Assembly (NCBI GenBank): GCA_965248195.1
Contig: CBDFIQ010000002.1
Location: 1,344,001 to 1,408,000 of the forward strand
Origin: Longimicrobiales bacterium
GTDB lineage: Bacteria > Gemmatimonadota > Gemmatimonadetes > Longimicrobiales > Gaopeijiaceae
Length of the DNA stretch: 64,000 bases
Direction: 5' to 3'
Notes under the pieces: model-generated
Told to the model about the DNA's origin: nothing
The model's database searches: none
Seen by the model: only the letters and a program-made list of their open reading frames with translations
Made by a program: the position numbers and the translations under genes
In this document: positions 28,241 through 40,266 of the stretch, piece by piece
How positions within the stretch are numbered: the first letter of the stretch is position 1
Layout: each line of letters starts with the position of its first letter

Positions 28241-29031
28241 GTGTCGATCCGAAGGATATCCGAGACGTTGTACACTTTCTGCGGCAGCGGGAGGACCTGG
28301 GCCCCGACGAAATTTTCCTGGAGAGGCTCACGCGGGACCAAGTACTCATGGCCGTGGCCGAGGCCCGTAGGGGCGCCCAAACGGCAACGGCGGGTGCCCC
28401 GGAACGCGAGATTGCCCGTGCCGATCCGGGCGAGGGTGATGGCTCGGAGATGTCATCACCCGGAGTCGATCTGACACGCCTGAAATACTCGGAGCTAAAG
28501 GCGGTGGCCGAGTCCTGCCAACGGTGCCGGCTGGCCAAGGGCAGGACCCAAGTCGTCTTCTCCGATGGAAATCCCCAAGCGCGCCTCATGGTGGTAGGGG
28601 AGGCGCCCGGCGCCAATGAAGACCGCACCGGTCTGCCTTTCGTCGGCCAGGCGGGCAAATTTTTGGATCTCTTGCTCGCGGCGGTGGATCTCTCGCGAAA
28701 GGACTCGGTCTACATCTGCAACGTCCTCAAGTGCCGGCCGCCCGGAAATCGTGACCCTATGGCGGACGAAATCGAGCTCTGCTCACCCTTTTTGAAGCGT
28801 CAGATTGCACTGGTTGCGCCAGAGGTTATTCTGGCTGTCGGTACCTTCGCAGCGCAGTTGCTCACCGGGAACAACCGCTCGCTCGGAAAGCTCCGAGGCT
28901 CGGTGTACGCCTATGAGGGCGTGCCGTTGGTGGTGACGTATCACCCTGCTGCGCTGCTGAGGAATGCGGGCTGGACCCGTTCCACCTGGGACGATCTCCA
29001 GCTCCTTCGACAGGTCATGGACGGAAGCTGA
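28237..29031 (+). CDS. Family 4 uracil-DNA glycosylase
   Basis: CxxC, GEAPGANED, KCRPPGNR, YHPAALL. Confidence 0.93.
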   Translation: MSVDPKDIRDVVHFLRQREDLGPDEIFLERLTRDQVLMAVAEARRGAQTATAGAPEREIARADPGEGDGSEMSSPGVDLTRLKYSELKAVAESCQRCRLAKGRTQVVFSDGNPQARLMVVGEAPGANEDRTGLPFVGQAGKFLDLLLAAVDLSRKDSVYICNVLKCRPPGNRDPMADEIELCSPFLKRQIALVAPEVILAVGTFAAQLLTGNNRSLGKLRGSVYAYEGVPLVVTYHPAALLRNAGWTRSTWDDLQLLRQVMDGS

Positions 29032-30446
29032 TGGAGACTGCGTCAATCCCCGCCGCGGTGCCCGAATACGATCGGCAGGCGCCGTACTCGTTGGAGGCCG
29101 AGATCTCGGTCCTCGGAGGCATGCTCATCGACAACGATGCGGTTGCAAAAGCGATCGAGGTCGTCGATGACTCCATGTTCTACCGGGAGGCCAACCGCCG
29201 CCTCTTCCGAAGCATGGTGCGGCTTTTTGAGCGCGGCGATGTCGTCGACGTCATCACGCTCAATGAGGATCTCAAGAACACGGGTGAGCTCGAATCTGCG
29301 GGCGGGGCGCCTTACCTCGCCGAACTCCTCGACGCAGTCCCGACCGCTGCCAACATCGAGTACCACGCCCGAATCGTCCGCGACAAGGCGCTGCTCAGGC
29401 GGCTCATCGACGCCGCGTCCGACATCATCCGGGACGTGCACGACCAGGGGGAGCGCTCCGTCGAGCAGGTCATGGATCAGGCCGAGCAGAGGGTATTCCG
29501 CGTTGCGGAGAGCCAGGCCCGGCAAGGTTTCGTTTGGATAAAAGAAATCCTCTGGCCCACGTTTGAACACATCGAGCGTCTTCAGGAGTCTGCAGGTGGG
29601 GTCATCGGGGTCCCGACGGGCTTCAAGGACCTCGATCGAATGACGACCGGCCTCCAGAATGGAGATTTGGTGATCGTCGCGGGTCGCCCCTCGATGGGAA
29701 AGACGTCTTTGATTCTGAACGTGGCACAGAGCGCTGCCATCGAGCACAACGTCACGGTCGCCATCTTTTCACTGGAGATGTCCAAAGAGCAGCTTGTGCA
29801 GCGCTTTCTTTGCGCTGAAGGCCGGGTTGACGCGCAGAAGCTCCGTCGTGGAAAGATGAGCCCCGAAGAGTACCAGCGGCTTGCCGCGTCGGCCGGGCAT
29901 TTGAACACCGCGCCCCTCTGGATCGATGATTCGCCGGGGAGCACGGTCCTCGAGATGAGGGCGAAGGCGCGGCGGCTCAAGGCCGAGACCGATCTTGGGC
30001 TCCTGATCATCGACTACATGCAACTCATGACGGGCAGCGCTCGCTCGGAGAACCGGGTCCAGGAAGTGAGCGAGATCTCGAGGGGCCTCAAGGCGCTGGC
30101 GAGAGAGCTGGAGGTTCCGGTCGTCGCGCTCAGCCAGCTCAGCCGGGCGCCGGAGCAGCGGACGGACCGACGTCCGCAGCTTTCGGATCTCAGAGACAGC
30201 GGATCCATCGAGCAGGATGCCGATCTGGTCATGTTTCTGTACCGACCCGAGTACTATTTTGGCCCGGTGGACAAGGACGGGAACTCGCTCGATGGGAAGG
30301 CGGAGCTGATCGTCAGCAAACAACGGAATGGCCCGACCGGTCTGGTCAACCTTTACTTCCACAAAGCCTACACACGCTTCGATTCGGTGGCCCAAAAATC
30401 GTCCGGGGATGAGGGTCCGGGGCTCGGCGCGCGCGACGGGCCGTGA
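29031..30446 (+). CDS. dnaB: Replicative DNA helicase
   Basis: GRPSMGKT, IIDYMQL, DLRDSGSIEQDAD. No intein. Confidence 0.97.
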   Translation: METASIPAAVPEYDRQAPYSLEAEISVLGGMLIDNDAVAKAIEVVDDSMFYREANRRLFRSMVRLFERGDVVDVITLNEDLKNTGELESAGGAPYLAELLDAVPTAANIEYHARIVRDKALLRRLIDAASDIIRDVHDQGERSVEQVMDQAEQRVFRVAESQARQGFVWIKEILWPTFEHIERLQESAGGVIGVPTGFKDLDRMTTGLQNGDLVIVAGRPSMGKTSLILNVAQSAAIEHNVTVAIFSLEMSKEQLVQRFLCAEGRVDAQKLRRGKMSPEEYQRLAASAGHLNTAPLWIDDSPGSTVLEMRAKARRLKAETDLGLLIIDYMQLMTGSARSENRVQEVSEISRGLKALARELEVPVVALSQLSRAPEQRTDRRPQLSDLRDSGSIEQDADLVMFLYRPEYYFGPVDKDGNSLDGKAELIVSKQRNGPTGLVNLYFHKAYTRFDSVAQKSSGDEGPGLGARDGP

Positions 30447-31171
30447 GCCGGCCCACGGGCGCTCCATCGAATTCAGAGGGGGGGGAGTTCACCGTCGGCG
30501 TGGTGCTACCGGCCGCGGGATCCGGGCGGCGCATGGGAGGGATGGCAAAACCGTTTCTCGAGCTTTGCGGTGAGCCGGTCTTGATGCGAGCGTTGCGGCC
30601 GTTCCTCGATCACCCTGCGGTTCGGGAGGTGGTCGTGTCTCTCCCGACCGCCCAGGCCGAATCCCCCCCTGCATGGTTGATCGAAGCCGACCGGAGAATC
30701 CGAGTCGTTACGGGTGGCGTGACTCGGCGAGACTCCGTATGGGCCGGCCTTCAGGCACTGTCGGAGGCGCTCGATGTGGCTGTCGTGCACGACGGGGCCC
30801 GCCCGCTCGTCTCTCGAGAGGTCGTCGGCCGGTGCATCGAAGTGGCGGGAGGTGGGGTGGGGGCGGTCGCGGGCGTTCCCGTGGTCGACACGATGAAGGA
30901 GGTCGACGACGGCGGGCACGTGGTCGCCACGCCGGATCGGTCGCGTCTCTGGCACGCGCAGACGCCCCAGGCGTTTCCGCTCGGTATGATCATGGACGCG
31001 TATCGCCGGGCCTTCACCGAGGGTTTTCCCGCGACCGACGACGCGGCTCTCGTGGAGAGGGTAGGAGGCAGTGTGGTGATGGTGGCGTCGTCAGGAGATA
31101 ATGTGAAGATCACGCGGGCGGAGGATCTCGAAAGGGCCGAGTTGATGTTGTCGCGCCTGGAACGGTGTTGA
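30443..31171 (+). CDS. ispD: MEP cytidylyltransferase
   Basis: PAAGSGRRMG, VHDGARP, AQTPQAF, ATDDA. Confidence 0.95.
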   Translation: MSRPTGAPSNSEGGEFTVGVVLPAAGSGRRMGGMAKPFLELCGEPVLMRALRPFLDHPAVREVVVSLPTAQAESPPAWLIEADRRIRVVTGGVTRRDSVWAGLQALSEALDVAVVHDGARPLVSREVVGRCIEVAGGGVGAVAGVPVVDTMKEVDDGGHVVATPDRSRLWHAQTPQAFPLGMIMDAYRRAFTEGFPATDDAALVERVGGSVVMVASSGDNVKITRAEDLERAELMLSRLERC

Positions 31172-31187
31172 AGGGAAGCGTAGCGCC

Positions 31188-31850
31188 GTGACCGGGCCTA
31201 AAGTCATCGATTTCCGAGAGTGGACGCGAACGGCGGATACCCTCGACTCCGTATTGGCCCACCTGAGGCGGGGAGGGTTGCTGGCGTATCCGACGGAAAC
31301 GGTGTACGGATTCGGCGGCCTCCCGACCCCCGCGGTCATTGAAAGGCTCGTGACACTCAAGAAACGTGAGCCGACGAAGCCCATGCTGTTATTGGTTCAG
31401 GACGGGGAAGCCGTGAGTGATCTGACCTGGACGCCCGAGGCGATCGAGTTGGCGGACGTCTTTTGGCCAGGCTCGGTCACGCTTGTTTTGTCCGACCCGG
31501 GAGCCCGGTATCCGGAGGGGGTTCGAGGATTGGACGGGGGCGTCGCCGTCCGCGTGAGCCCCCACCCTTTGGTCCGGGAGTTGGTCTCCGGAGTCGGTGG
31601 CCCCATCGTATCAACCAGTGCCAATCGGCCCGGGGAGGCTCCAGCTTTGGATGCTCAGGGTGCTCTCGGCGCTGCTCTCGCGGCCGGGGCGGGAGAGGAT
31701 TTGTGGGTTCTCGACGGGGGAGCTCTGGAGCCCTCTCTGCCGTCCACGATCATCGACTGCTCGGGGCCAGAGGCCGTGGTTCTGCGCCAAGGCGCGATCC
31801 CCTTGGGGCGGGTTCGCTGCGTACTCCCTGGTGTCCATGACAGGAAATGA
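31188..31850 (+). CDS. tsaC: L-threonylcarbamoyladenylate synthase (TsaC/Sua5)
   Basis: YPTETVYG, STSANRPG. Confidence 0.92.
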   Translation: MTGPKVIDFREWTRTADTLDSVLAHLRRGGLLAYPTETVYGFGGLPTPAVIERLVTLKKREPTKPMLLLVQDGEAVSDLTWTPEAIELADVFWPGSVTLVLSDPGARYPEGVRGLDGGVAVRVSPHPLVRELVSGVGGPIVSTSANRPGEAPALDAQGALGAALAAGAGEDLWVLDGGALEPSLPSTIIDCSGPEAVVLRQGAIPLGRVRCVLPGVHDRK

Positions 31851-31851
31851 C

Positions 31852-32358
31852 ATGAATGATCAGGCGACCTTCAGACTCCTGTTCGTGTGCACGGGCAACA
31901 CGTGCAGGAGTCCGCTGGCTCAGGCGATCGCCGAACGTTCGTTGGGGCTGCGGGGGTGGGATGGCGTGGAGATCCGATCGGCGGGCGTCTCGGCGTCCCC
32001 GGGTGGCGAGGCCAGCGAGGGGGCTCGGGTCGCGGCCGAGTCGGACGGACTCAGCCTGGAGGGACATCGGACCACGCCGTTGGACACGGAGTTGGTGGCC
32101 TGGGCCAGCCTTATCCTGACCATGGGACCGCACCACGCTGATGCCGTGGAGGCCCTCGGGGGCGGTGGCAAGGTGTGGATGCTGTCCGACTTTTCCGAGG
32201 GAGGTGAGGGTCCCGGCGGGCCTGGGGTGCCCGACCCATTCGGAGGAGACGCTCACGCCTACAGGGAGTGTCTGGAGGCGCTCGACGATTTGGTAGAGGC
32301 CGCGCTCGGACGTGTCGACGCCGATTTCCTCAATCCGAAAGACGAGGCCGCTCCATGA
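31852..32358 (+). CDS. Low-molecular-weight protein Tyr/Arg phosphatase
   Basis: VCTGNTCRSPLA, DPFGG. Confidence 0.92.
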   Translation: MNDQATFRLLFVCTGNTCRSPLAQAIAERSLGLRGWDGVEIRSAGVSASPGGEASEGARVAAESDGLSLEGHRTTPLDTELVAWASLILTMGPHHADAVEALGGGGKVWMLSDFSEGGEGPGGPGVPDPFGGDAHAYRECLEALDDLVEAALGRVDADFLNPKDEAAP

Positions 32359-33202
32359 GCCCTCTGACGGCCCAAACTCGGGTGTTTGCGATCTTGGGTG
32401 ATCCGGTTGAGCACTCGCTTTCGCCGGTGATTCAGAACGCGGCTTTTCGGGAGGCCGGGATCGATGGGGTGTACGTGGCGCTTCACTGTGACGCCGAACG
32501 CATGGTCGGCTGCATGGCGGCGCTCGGCGGGGCCGGGGGCGGAGGGAACGTCACGCTTCCGCATAAGGAAAAGGCCGCTTCCATCCTCGACAAAGCGTGC
32601 GAGGCGGTCCGTCGCACGGGGGCGTGCAACACGTTTTGGGGCGAGGACGGAAAACTTTGTGGGGACAACACCGACGTCGAGGGCTTCGGGCGAGCGCTGC
32701 GGCACTTTCTCGGTGGTGGCCCGGCGGGCTACCGGGTGCTCCTGCTCGGGGCAGGAGGCGCGGCGCGTGCGGCGCTGCTCAGCCTCATAGATGACCAGGC
32801 CGAGGACGTATTGATCCTCAATCGTACGGTTGAGAGGGCCCGGGCGGTGGCGCGTAGGATCGGTGGGGATCGCGTACGCGTGGCGGAGAGTGGGTCCGAT
32901 GTCGATGACGGTGACTTCGATCTGGTCGTGAATACGACCCGCCTCGGGCTCGCCAGTGAAGACGAGCTCCCACTCGACCTCGGGCGCCTCTCACGGGCGG
33001 GTGCCGTGATCGACCTCGTCTATGGCCCCAGCGCTACGCCATTCGTAACAGCCTCCAAACGTCTTGGGATTCCGGCTGTGGATGGCGGGGAGATGCTCGT
33101 GCACCAGGGCGCCGTGTCCTTCGAACGCTGGTGCGGTGAGGCCGCCCCGATCGAGGCGATGAGGCAGGCTTTGGAAGCCGCCCGGTCTGTGCACAGCCGC
33201 GC

Positions 33203-33206
<4 letters not shown>
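32355..33206 (+). CDS. aroE: Shikimate dehydrogenase
   Basis: HSLSP, NVTLPHK, GDNTD, GAGGAA. Confidence 0.95.
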
Positions 33207-34995
<1,789 letters not shown>

Positions 34996-34998
34996 TAA

Positions 34999-35301
34999 GG
35001 AGGGTGATCGGCAAGGGGGGTGGGTCGCGCACATGGCGCTTGTGCGCGTTCAGACAAGGAATGACGACGAGGCGTAGCAGAGCTACTCCGAGGAGGAGAG
35101 ACGCAGGATCAACCGCACAACCGCCCTGTGCCCACCACCATGTGGGGCATGATCTTACACGTTGATGGGTTGCGGTGGCACGACCCCATCTCCGTTGTTG
35201 GAGCTCCTAGCCGTAGCGAATGCTATGGCGTCGTCGCTCCGCCTAGGAGCTGGGGCCGTGGCATCCGCAACGCGGCCCACCCCCCTTGCCGATCACCCTC
35301 C
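34999..35301. mobile_element. 303-bp MITE-like element with 31-bp TIRs and TAA duplication
   Basis: TIRs 34999-35029 and 35271-35301 match at 30/31; TAA on both sides. Confidence 0.8.
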
Positions 35302-35309
35302 TAACCCGG

Positions 35310-36518
35310 ATGGCCAAGAAGACGCTCGGAGAATGTCCCCCGGAGACCCTCGCTGACGAAATCGTGGTGGTTCGGGTCGACTACAACCTCCCGCTCGATC
35401 AACGTGGCGAAGTCGTCGACGATACACGTCTCGTCCGAACCTTGCCCACGATCCAGTATCTTGTCGACGCGGGGGCGAAGGCGGTCCTGCTGTCTCATCT
35501 GGGCCGACCCGGGGGGCAACCGGACCCGGCGCTCTCCCTCCGTCCGGTGGCCGGAAAGCTCGAAGAAGCTCTCGGGTCTCCGGTGGGCTTTTGCCCTGCG
35601 ACGACGGGCCCCCTCGCACGTGACGCCGTTCAGGGAATGGAGACCGGAGATGTCCTCCTCCTCGAGAACACCCGCTTCTGCTCCGAGGACACACGAAACG
35701 ACCCGCAGTGGGCGGAGGAGATCCGTTACGGGTCGAAGCTCTTCGTCAATGACGCCTTTGGAACCGCCCACCGCACGCATGCTTCTACCAAGGGAGTCGC
35801 CGACGCCGTACGGGCGGGTGGGGGAGAGGCGGTGGCCGGGTTTCTGTTGGAAAAGGAGCTCCGTTTCCTTGGCGATGCCATGGCCGACCCGGAGCATCCC
35901 TTCGTAGCGGTAATCGGTGGGGCGAAGATTTCCAGCAAGATAGACGTGATCGAGGCGTTGCTTCCCGCCGTGGACCGGCTACTCATCGGTGGGGCCATGG
36001 CCAACACCTTTTTCAAAGCGCATGGTTGGGCCGTAGGCGATTCTCTCGTGGAAGAAGACCGGATCGATACGGCGCGCTCATTGATGGATTTGGCCGGAGG
36101 CAAACTTCTATTGCCGCTGGACGTGGTCACGGCACCGTGCCTCACGCCGGGTGCGACCACCCGTGTGTCCGCGTGCGACGAGGTAAGGGAGGGCGAACGC
36201 ATCGGGGATATCGGGCCACACACGGTGAAATTTTTCGCCGATGCCCTGGGTGGGGCCCGCACGGTAATATGGAGTGGACCGATGGGCGTTTTCGAGCTGG
36301 CGCCGTTCCAGGCGGGCACATTCGAAGTCGCGCGCGCTGCCGCCTCGACGGCCGATGGGGGCGCAACGGTCATCGTCGGGGGAGGGGATTCCGCGGCGGC
36401 CGCGGTTGCTGCGGGGGTCGTCGATCGCATCACCCACATCTCGACGGGTGGCGGCGCTTCCCTCGAACTCCTCTCCGGCAAGGAATTACCTGGTGTCGCG
36501 GCCCTGTCGGACCGTTAG
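35310..36518 (+). CDS. pgk: Phosphoglycerate kinase
   Basis: SHLGRP, LLENTRF, NDAFGTAHR, GGGDS, STGGGASLE. Confidence 0.96.
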   Translation: MAKKTLGECPPETLADEIVVVRVDYNLPLDQRGEVVDDTRLVRTLPTIQYLVDAGAKAVLLSHLGRPGGQPDPALSLRPVAGKLEEALGSPVGFCPATTGPLARDAVQGMETGDVLLLENTRFCSEDTRNDPQWAEEIRYGSKLFVNDAFGTAHRTHASTKGVADAVRAGGGEAVAGFLLEKELRFLGDAMADPEHPFVAVIGGAKISSKIDVIEALLPAVDRLLIGGAMANTFFKAHGWAVGDSLVEEDRIDTARSLMDLAGGKLLLPLDVVTAPCLTPGATTRVSACDEVREGERIGDIGPHTVKFFADALGGARTVIWSGPMGVFELAPFQAGTFEVARAAASTADGGATVIVGGGDSAAAAVAAGVVDRITHISTGGGASLELLSGKELPGVAALSDR

Positions 36519-36575
36519 GTGATGTTCCCAGAAGTGTTCCGGCCGTTACGATCGTGAATTTCAGGGGGCCATGAC

Positions 36576-37328
36576 GTGAGACCAAAGGTGATCGCCGGAA
36601 ACTGGAAGATGCATCACGGCCCTGCTGCCACCCGCCAGTTTTTTGGCGAGTTTTCTCCCCGGCTTCCCGAGGGGGAGCCGACGATCTTGATTTTTCCCCC
36701 TGCGATCTCCCTTCCGGCGGCGGCCGAGGCGAGAGGGGGGCGTCCCGAGATCAGCCTCGGCATTCAGAATATCCACTGGGAGCCGAAAGGTGCGTTCACG
36801 GGGGAACATTCGGCTGGAATGGCGTTGGCCGCGGGTGCCCGGTTCGCTCTCGTGGGGCACTCGGAGCGGCGGCACGTGTTCGGTGAGACCGACGCGGAGG
36901 TCGAGCGCAAGGTGGCCGCCGCAATAGGTGAAGGCCTGGCCCCCGTGGTGTGTGTTGGAGAGACGCTGGACGAGCGGCAGGAGGGGCGGGTGAACGACGT
37001 GATCGTCCGCCAGTTGGATGCCGCTCTGCTCGGCGTTCCCGAAGACGTGAGGAAGCCGGTTCTCGTGGCCTACGAGCCGGTTTGGGCGATCGGCACCGGA
37101 GAGACCGCGACTGTGGAGGACGTTGCCGAAGCGCATGGTATGCTTCGCCGCCGCTTGAAAGAGGTTCGGGGCGATGGCTTCGCGCACGAGGTGGCCATCC
37201 TTTACGGGGGGAGCGTGAAGCCGGATAACGCGGCCGAACTCCTTGCGGTCACCGATGTCGACGGAGTTCTCGTGGGTGGAGCGAGCCTCGATCCTGAAAG
37301 CTTCGCGAGAATCGTGGAAGCCTGCTGA
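36576..37328 (+). CDS. tpiA: Triosephosphate isomerase
   Basis: AGNWKM, GHSERR, AYEPVWAIGTG, YGGSV. Confidence 0.98.
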   Translation: MRPKVIAGNWKMHHGPAATRQFFGEFSPRLPEGEPTILIFPPAISLPAAAEARGGRPEISLGIQNIHWEPKGAFTGEHSAGMALAAGARFALVGHSERRHVFGETDAEVERKVAAAIGEGLAPVVCVGETLDERQEGRVNDVIVRQLDAALLGVPEDVRKPVLVAYEPVWAIGTGETATVEDVAEAHGMLRRRLKEVRGDGFAHEVAILYGGSVKPDNAAELLAVTDVDGVLVGGASLDPESFARIVEAC

Positions 37329-37410
37329 TTGCAAGGGTTTTCGGGTTGACACCCCAAAGTGACACGGCGACGTTTAGCCATTATTCCAAACTCTGGACGA
37401 TGGGCGATTC

Positions 37411-37794
37411 ATGTACGCTATCTTGCTGGCAGTCCTGATTCTGGACGGCATTTTTCTCGGCGTTGTGGTCCTTCTGCAATCTGGGAAGGGCGGGGGGCTA
37501 GCGGCGATGGGCGGCGGCGCCGCCGCCACGGACGGAATCCTGGGTGGACGCCAGGCCACGACCATGCTCACGAGGGCCACGTGGATCACCGGAGGGACCT
37601 TCATGGCGTTGTCTCTGGTCCTCTCCATCATGTCGTCGCGTACACAATTGCCGCAGTCGATTCTGCGGCAGGACCTGGCGCCCACCGCGCCGGCCGCTCA
37701 ACCGATTCTGCCCACGTTGGATCAGCCAGGAGATGCGGGTGACGGATCTGGAGCGCCGAGCGATGCTCCCTCAGGCGGCGACGGGAACGACTGA
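37411..37794 (+). CDS. secG: Preprotein translocase SecG
   Basis: VLLQSGKGGGL, two TM helices, follows tpiA. Confidence 0.93.
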   Translation: MYAILLAVLILDGIFLGVVVLLQSGKGGGLAAMGGGAAATDGILGGRQATTMLTRATWITGGTFMALSLVLSIMSSRTQLPQSILRQDLAPTAPAAQPILPTLDQPGDAGDGSGAPSDAPSGGDGND

Positions 37795-37808
37795 CCGGGC
37801 GAACTGAT

Positions 37809-39194
37809 ATGGCCCGCATCGAAGTTTCCATGCCCCAGATGGGCGAGTCTATCGCCGAGGGTACGATATCGAAGTGGCTGAAGCAGCTCGGCGATCCGGT
37901 CGAGAGAGACGAGCTGATTCTGGAGATCTCGACGGACAAGGTGGACGCTGAGATTCCGGCACCGGAGTCGGGCACGCTCGTGGAAGTCCGAATCCAGGAG
38001 GGCGAGACCGTCGAAATCGGTACGGTCCTGGCCTATATCGACACCGGGGCGGATGGCCGCGTGGCTGACGAGGATAATGCGATCGGCGCCCCCGACGGCC
38101 TGGAGCCGGGCGCGGGACCTTCGGACGCCTCCACAAAGCCGTTAGGCACTGAAGCTCCGTCATCCGATGGCCACGCGGCTCAGGCCGCCCCCCAAGAAAG
38201 CGTGCAAACGACGGCGGAGGTGCAGGTACAAACCCGCTCGACTCCTGTGGTGAGGAAGATCGCTGCGGAACATGGTATCGCGATCGCGGATGTGCCGGGT
38301 ACCGGCCAGGCAGGCCGGGTAACCAAACAGGACATCCTCGGCTTCATTGAGAACGGCCTGGCAAAGGCGCCCGTGGTGACCTCGGCGTCGGGTCAGGCGG
38401 CGCCGACCGCCCCCGCGGTTTCTGGGTCGTCGTCGGAGTTGTGGTCGGCCTTCTATGGGGAGGTGCGACACCCGGACTTCCCTGTGCGGAAGGGTGACCA
38501 GGTCGAGCCGATGGACAAGATCCGTCGCCTCACTGCGGAGCACATGGTTCTAGCGAAAAGGGTCGCTTCCCATGTGCACTCCTTCATCGAGATCGATTTT
38601 TCCCAGGTGGCCCACGTCCGCGTGGCCCGCAAGGGACAGTGGGCAGACCAAGGAGTGCGGGTGAGCTTTACCGCGTTCGTCGTGTGGGCGTGCTCGCGGT
38701 TACTGCGCAAGTATCCAGCGATCAATGGCACGGTCTCGGGCAACAACATCATCCATCGAGGCAGTGTGAATATCGGGATCGCCGTAGACCTCGATCCCGG
38801 CCTAATCGTGCCGGTAATACACGACACGGACGAGCTCAGCCTCGTAGGGATCGCTAAGAAGATCATCGATCTTGCCGTTCGCGCTCGGTCTCGGAAGCTG
38901 GCTCCCGCAGAAATTCAAGGAGCGACGTTTTCTATCACCAACCCTGGGGTCCTCGGTACCTTGGTCGGTATGCCTATAATTCCCTTGGGCACGGCGGCAA
39001 TCCTCGGCACCGGGGCGATCGAGAAGCGGCCCGTGGTCGTCGAGGATCCGCTGACCGGCACGGACGCGATCGCGATTCGGAAGCGGTCGCTGTTTTCTCT
39101 CGCGTACGACCATCGGCTCGTCGACGGGGCGGACGCCGCACGTTTCCTCGCGGAGCTGAAGGCTCTTCTGGGGGACTTCCCCGAGGACGCCTAG
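37809..39194 (+). CDS. 2-oxo-acid dehydrogenase E2 (dihydrolipoamide acyltransferase)
   Basis: Lipoyl domain (ISTDKV), E3-binding domain, YDHRLVDG. Confidence 0.93.
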   Translation: MARIEVSMPQMGESIAEGTISKWLKQLGDPVERDELILEISTDKVDAEIPAPESGTLVEVRIQEGETVEIGTVLAYIDTGADGRVADEDNAIGAPDGLEPGAGPSDASTKPLGTEAPSSDGHAAQAAPQESVQTTAEVQVQTRSTPVVRKIAAEHGIAIADVPGTGQAGRVTKQDILGFIENGLAKAPVVTSASGQAAPTAPAVSGSSSELWSAFYGEVRHPDFPVRKGDQVEPMDKIRRLTAEHMVLAKRVASHVHSFIEIDFSQVAHVRVARKGQWADQGVRVSFTAFVVWACSRLLRKYPAINGTVSGNNIIHRGSVNIGIAVDLDPGLIVPVIHDTDELSLVGIAKKIIDLAVRARSRKLAPAEIQGATFSITNPGVLGTLVGMPIIPLGTAAILGTGAIEKRPVVVEDPLTGTDAIAIRKRSLFSLAYDHRLVDGADAARFLAELKALLGDFPEDA

Positions 39195-39253
39195 CGCCTC
39201 GGCACTCTCGGTGGCTCGCGAACTTCTGGGACGCCATACTGGAAGACCTCGAA

Positions 39254-39937
39254 ATGCATCCGTCCATACAGTACACGAATGACGCGACAGCGCTGGAGGT
39301 ACGGGATCTGGGCTTGATTCCGTACGCAGAGGCGCTTGCCCTTCAGGCGGACTTGGTCGTTCGCCGGCGAAAGGGCGACATACCGGACCAACTGTTGCTC
39401 CTTCAGCACCCACACATCATCACCCTCGGCACGGCATCCTCACGTTCTAACGTTCTCGCCGACGAATCGAAGCGCCGGCACCTCGGCATCGATCTCATCG
39501 ACGTGGGGAGGGGGGGCGACGTCACCTATCATGGACCTGGGCAACTCGTGGCGTACCCCATCCTCGATCTGAAGCCGGATCGGAAGGACGTTCACCGGTA
39601 CCTGCGGGACCTCGAGTCCGTGCTCGTACGCACTCTCGACGAGGTCGGCATCCGAGGGGAGCCCGTCCCTGACCTCACGGGCGTGTGGGTGGACGGTCGC
39701 AAGATCGCGGCGATCGGGGTGCGAGTATCGAGTGGTTGGATCACGTCGCACGGATTCGCGCTGAACGTGTCGACCGATCTTTCCTACTTCGAGACCATCG
39801 TCCCGTGTGGTATCCGGGAGGTGTCGATAACGTCTGTTTCCCAGGAGCTGGGGCGGCCGGTGGATGTCACCGATATCCTCGAGATCATCTCCGAGGCCTT
39901 CTCGGAAATTTTCGACCGCTCCATTTCCGGCAGCTGA
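39254..39937 (+). CDS. lipB: Lipoyl(octanoyl) transferase
   Basis: RGGDVTYHGPGQLV, KIAAIG, IVPCG. Confidence 0.95.
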   Translation: MHPSIQYTNDATALEVRDLGLIPYAEALALQADLVVRRRKGDIPDQLLLLQHPHIITLGTASSRSNVLADESKRRHLGIDLIDVGRGGDVTYHGPGQLVAYPILDLKPDRKDVHRYLRDLESVLVRTLDEVGIRGEPVPDLTGVWVDGRKIAAIGVRVSSGWITSHGFALNVSTDLSYFETIVPCGIREVSITSVSQELGRPVDVTDILEIISEAFSEIFDRSISGS

Positions 39938-40193
39938 AGCGGAGCCTGCTGGCCCGTCATCGCTGAGACCCGTCATTAGCCCCTCGAACGATGTTGGCGG
40001 GCCAACAAATAGACACCCCGCCGCGGTGCGGTTGGCGTCTTCTGTCTCCCGTTCTTTTCCGAATTTCAGGGGCTAAGAGTCCGCATTTTTCCTCACACGT
40101 ACCCGTCGAAACGAGCTGTCTCTGAACCCACGCCATGATATAGAAAATACATTAGAATAAACCGGTAACATGGTATTTCATAACGACATACAT

Positions 40194-40260
40194 CATAATG
40201 ATAGAAACGAATTCATTATGGGCCCACAAGCTTGACCTGGGTCCTCGGGGTCGCCATACT
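40194..40260 (+). promoter_or_regulatory. Sigma70 promoter with an upstream operator-like palindrome
   Basis: TTGACC(40232)-17 bp-CATACT(40255); CATAATGA-N11-TCATTATG at 40194-40220. Confidence 0.7.
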
Positions 40261-40266
40261 TGTCGT

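Noticed and set aside
40194..40220. CATAA…TTATG as a dif site
   Set aside because: The spacer is 17 bp rather than 6 bp, and there is no XerD-type arm.
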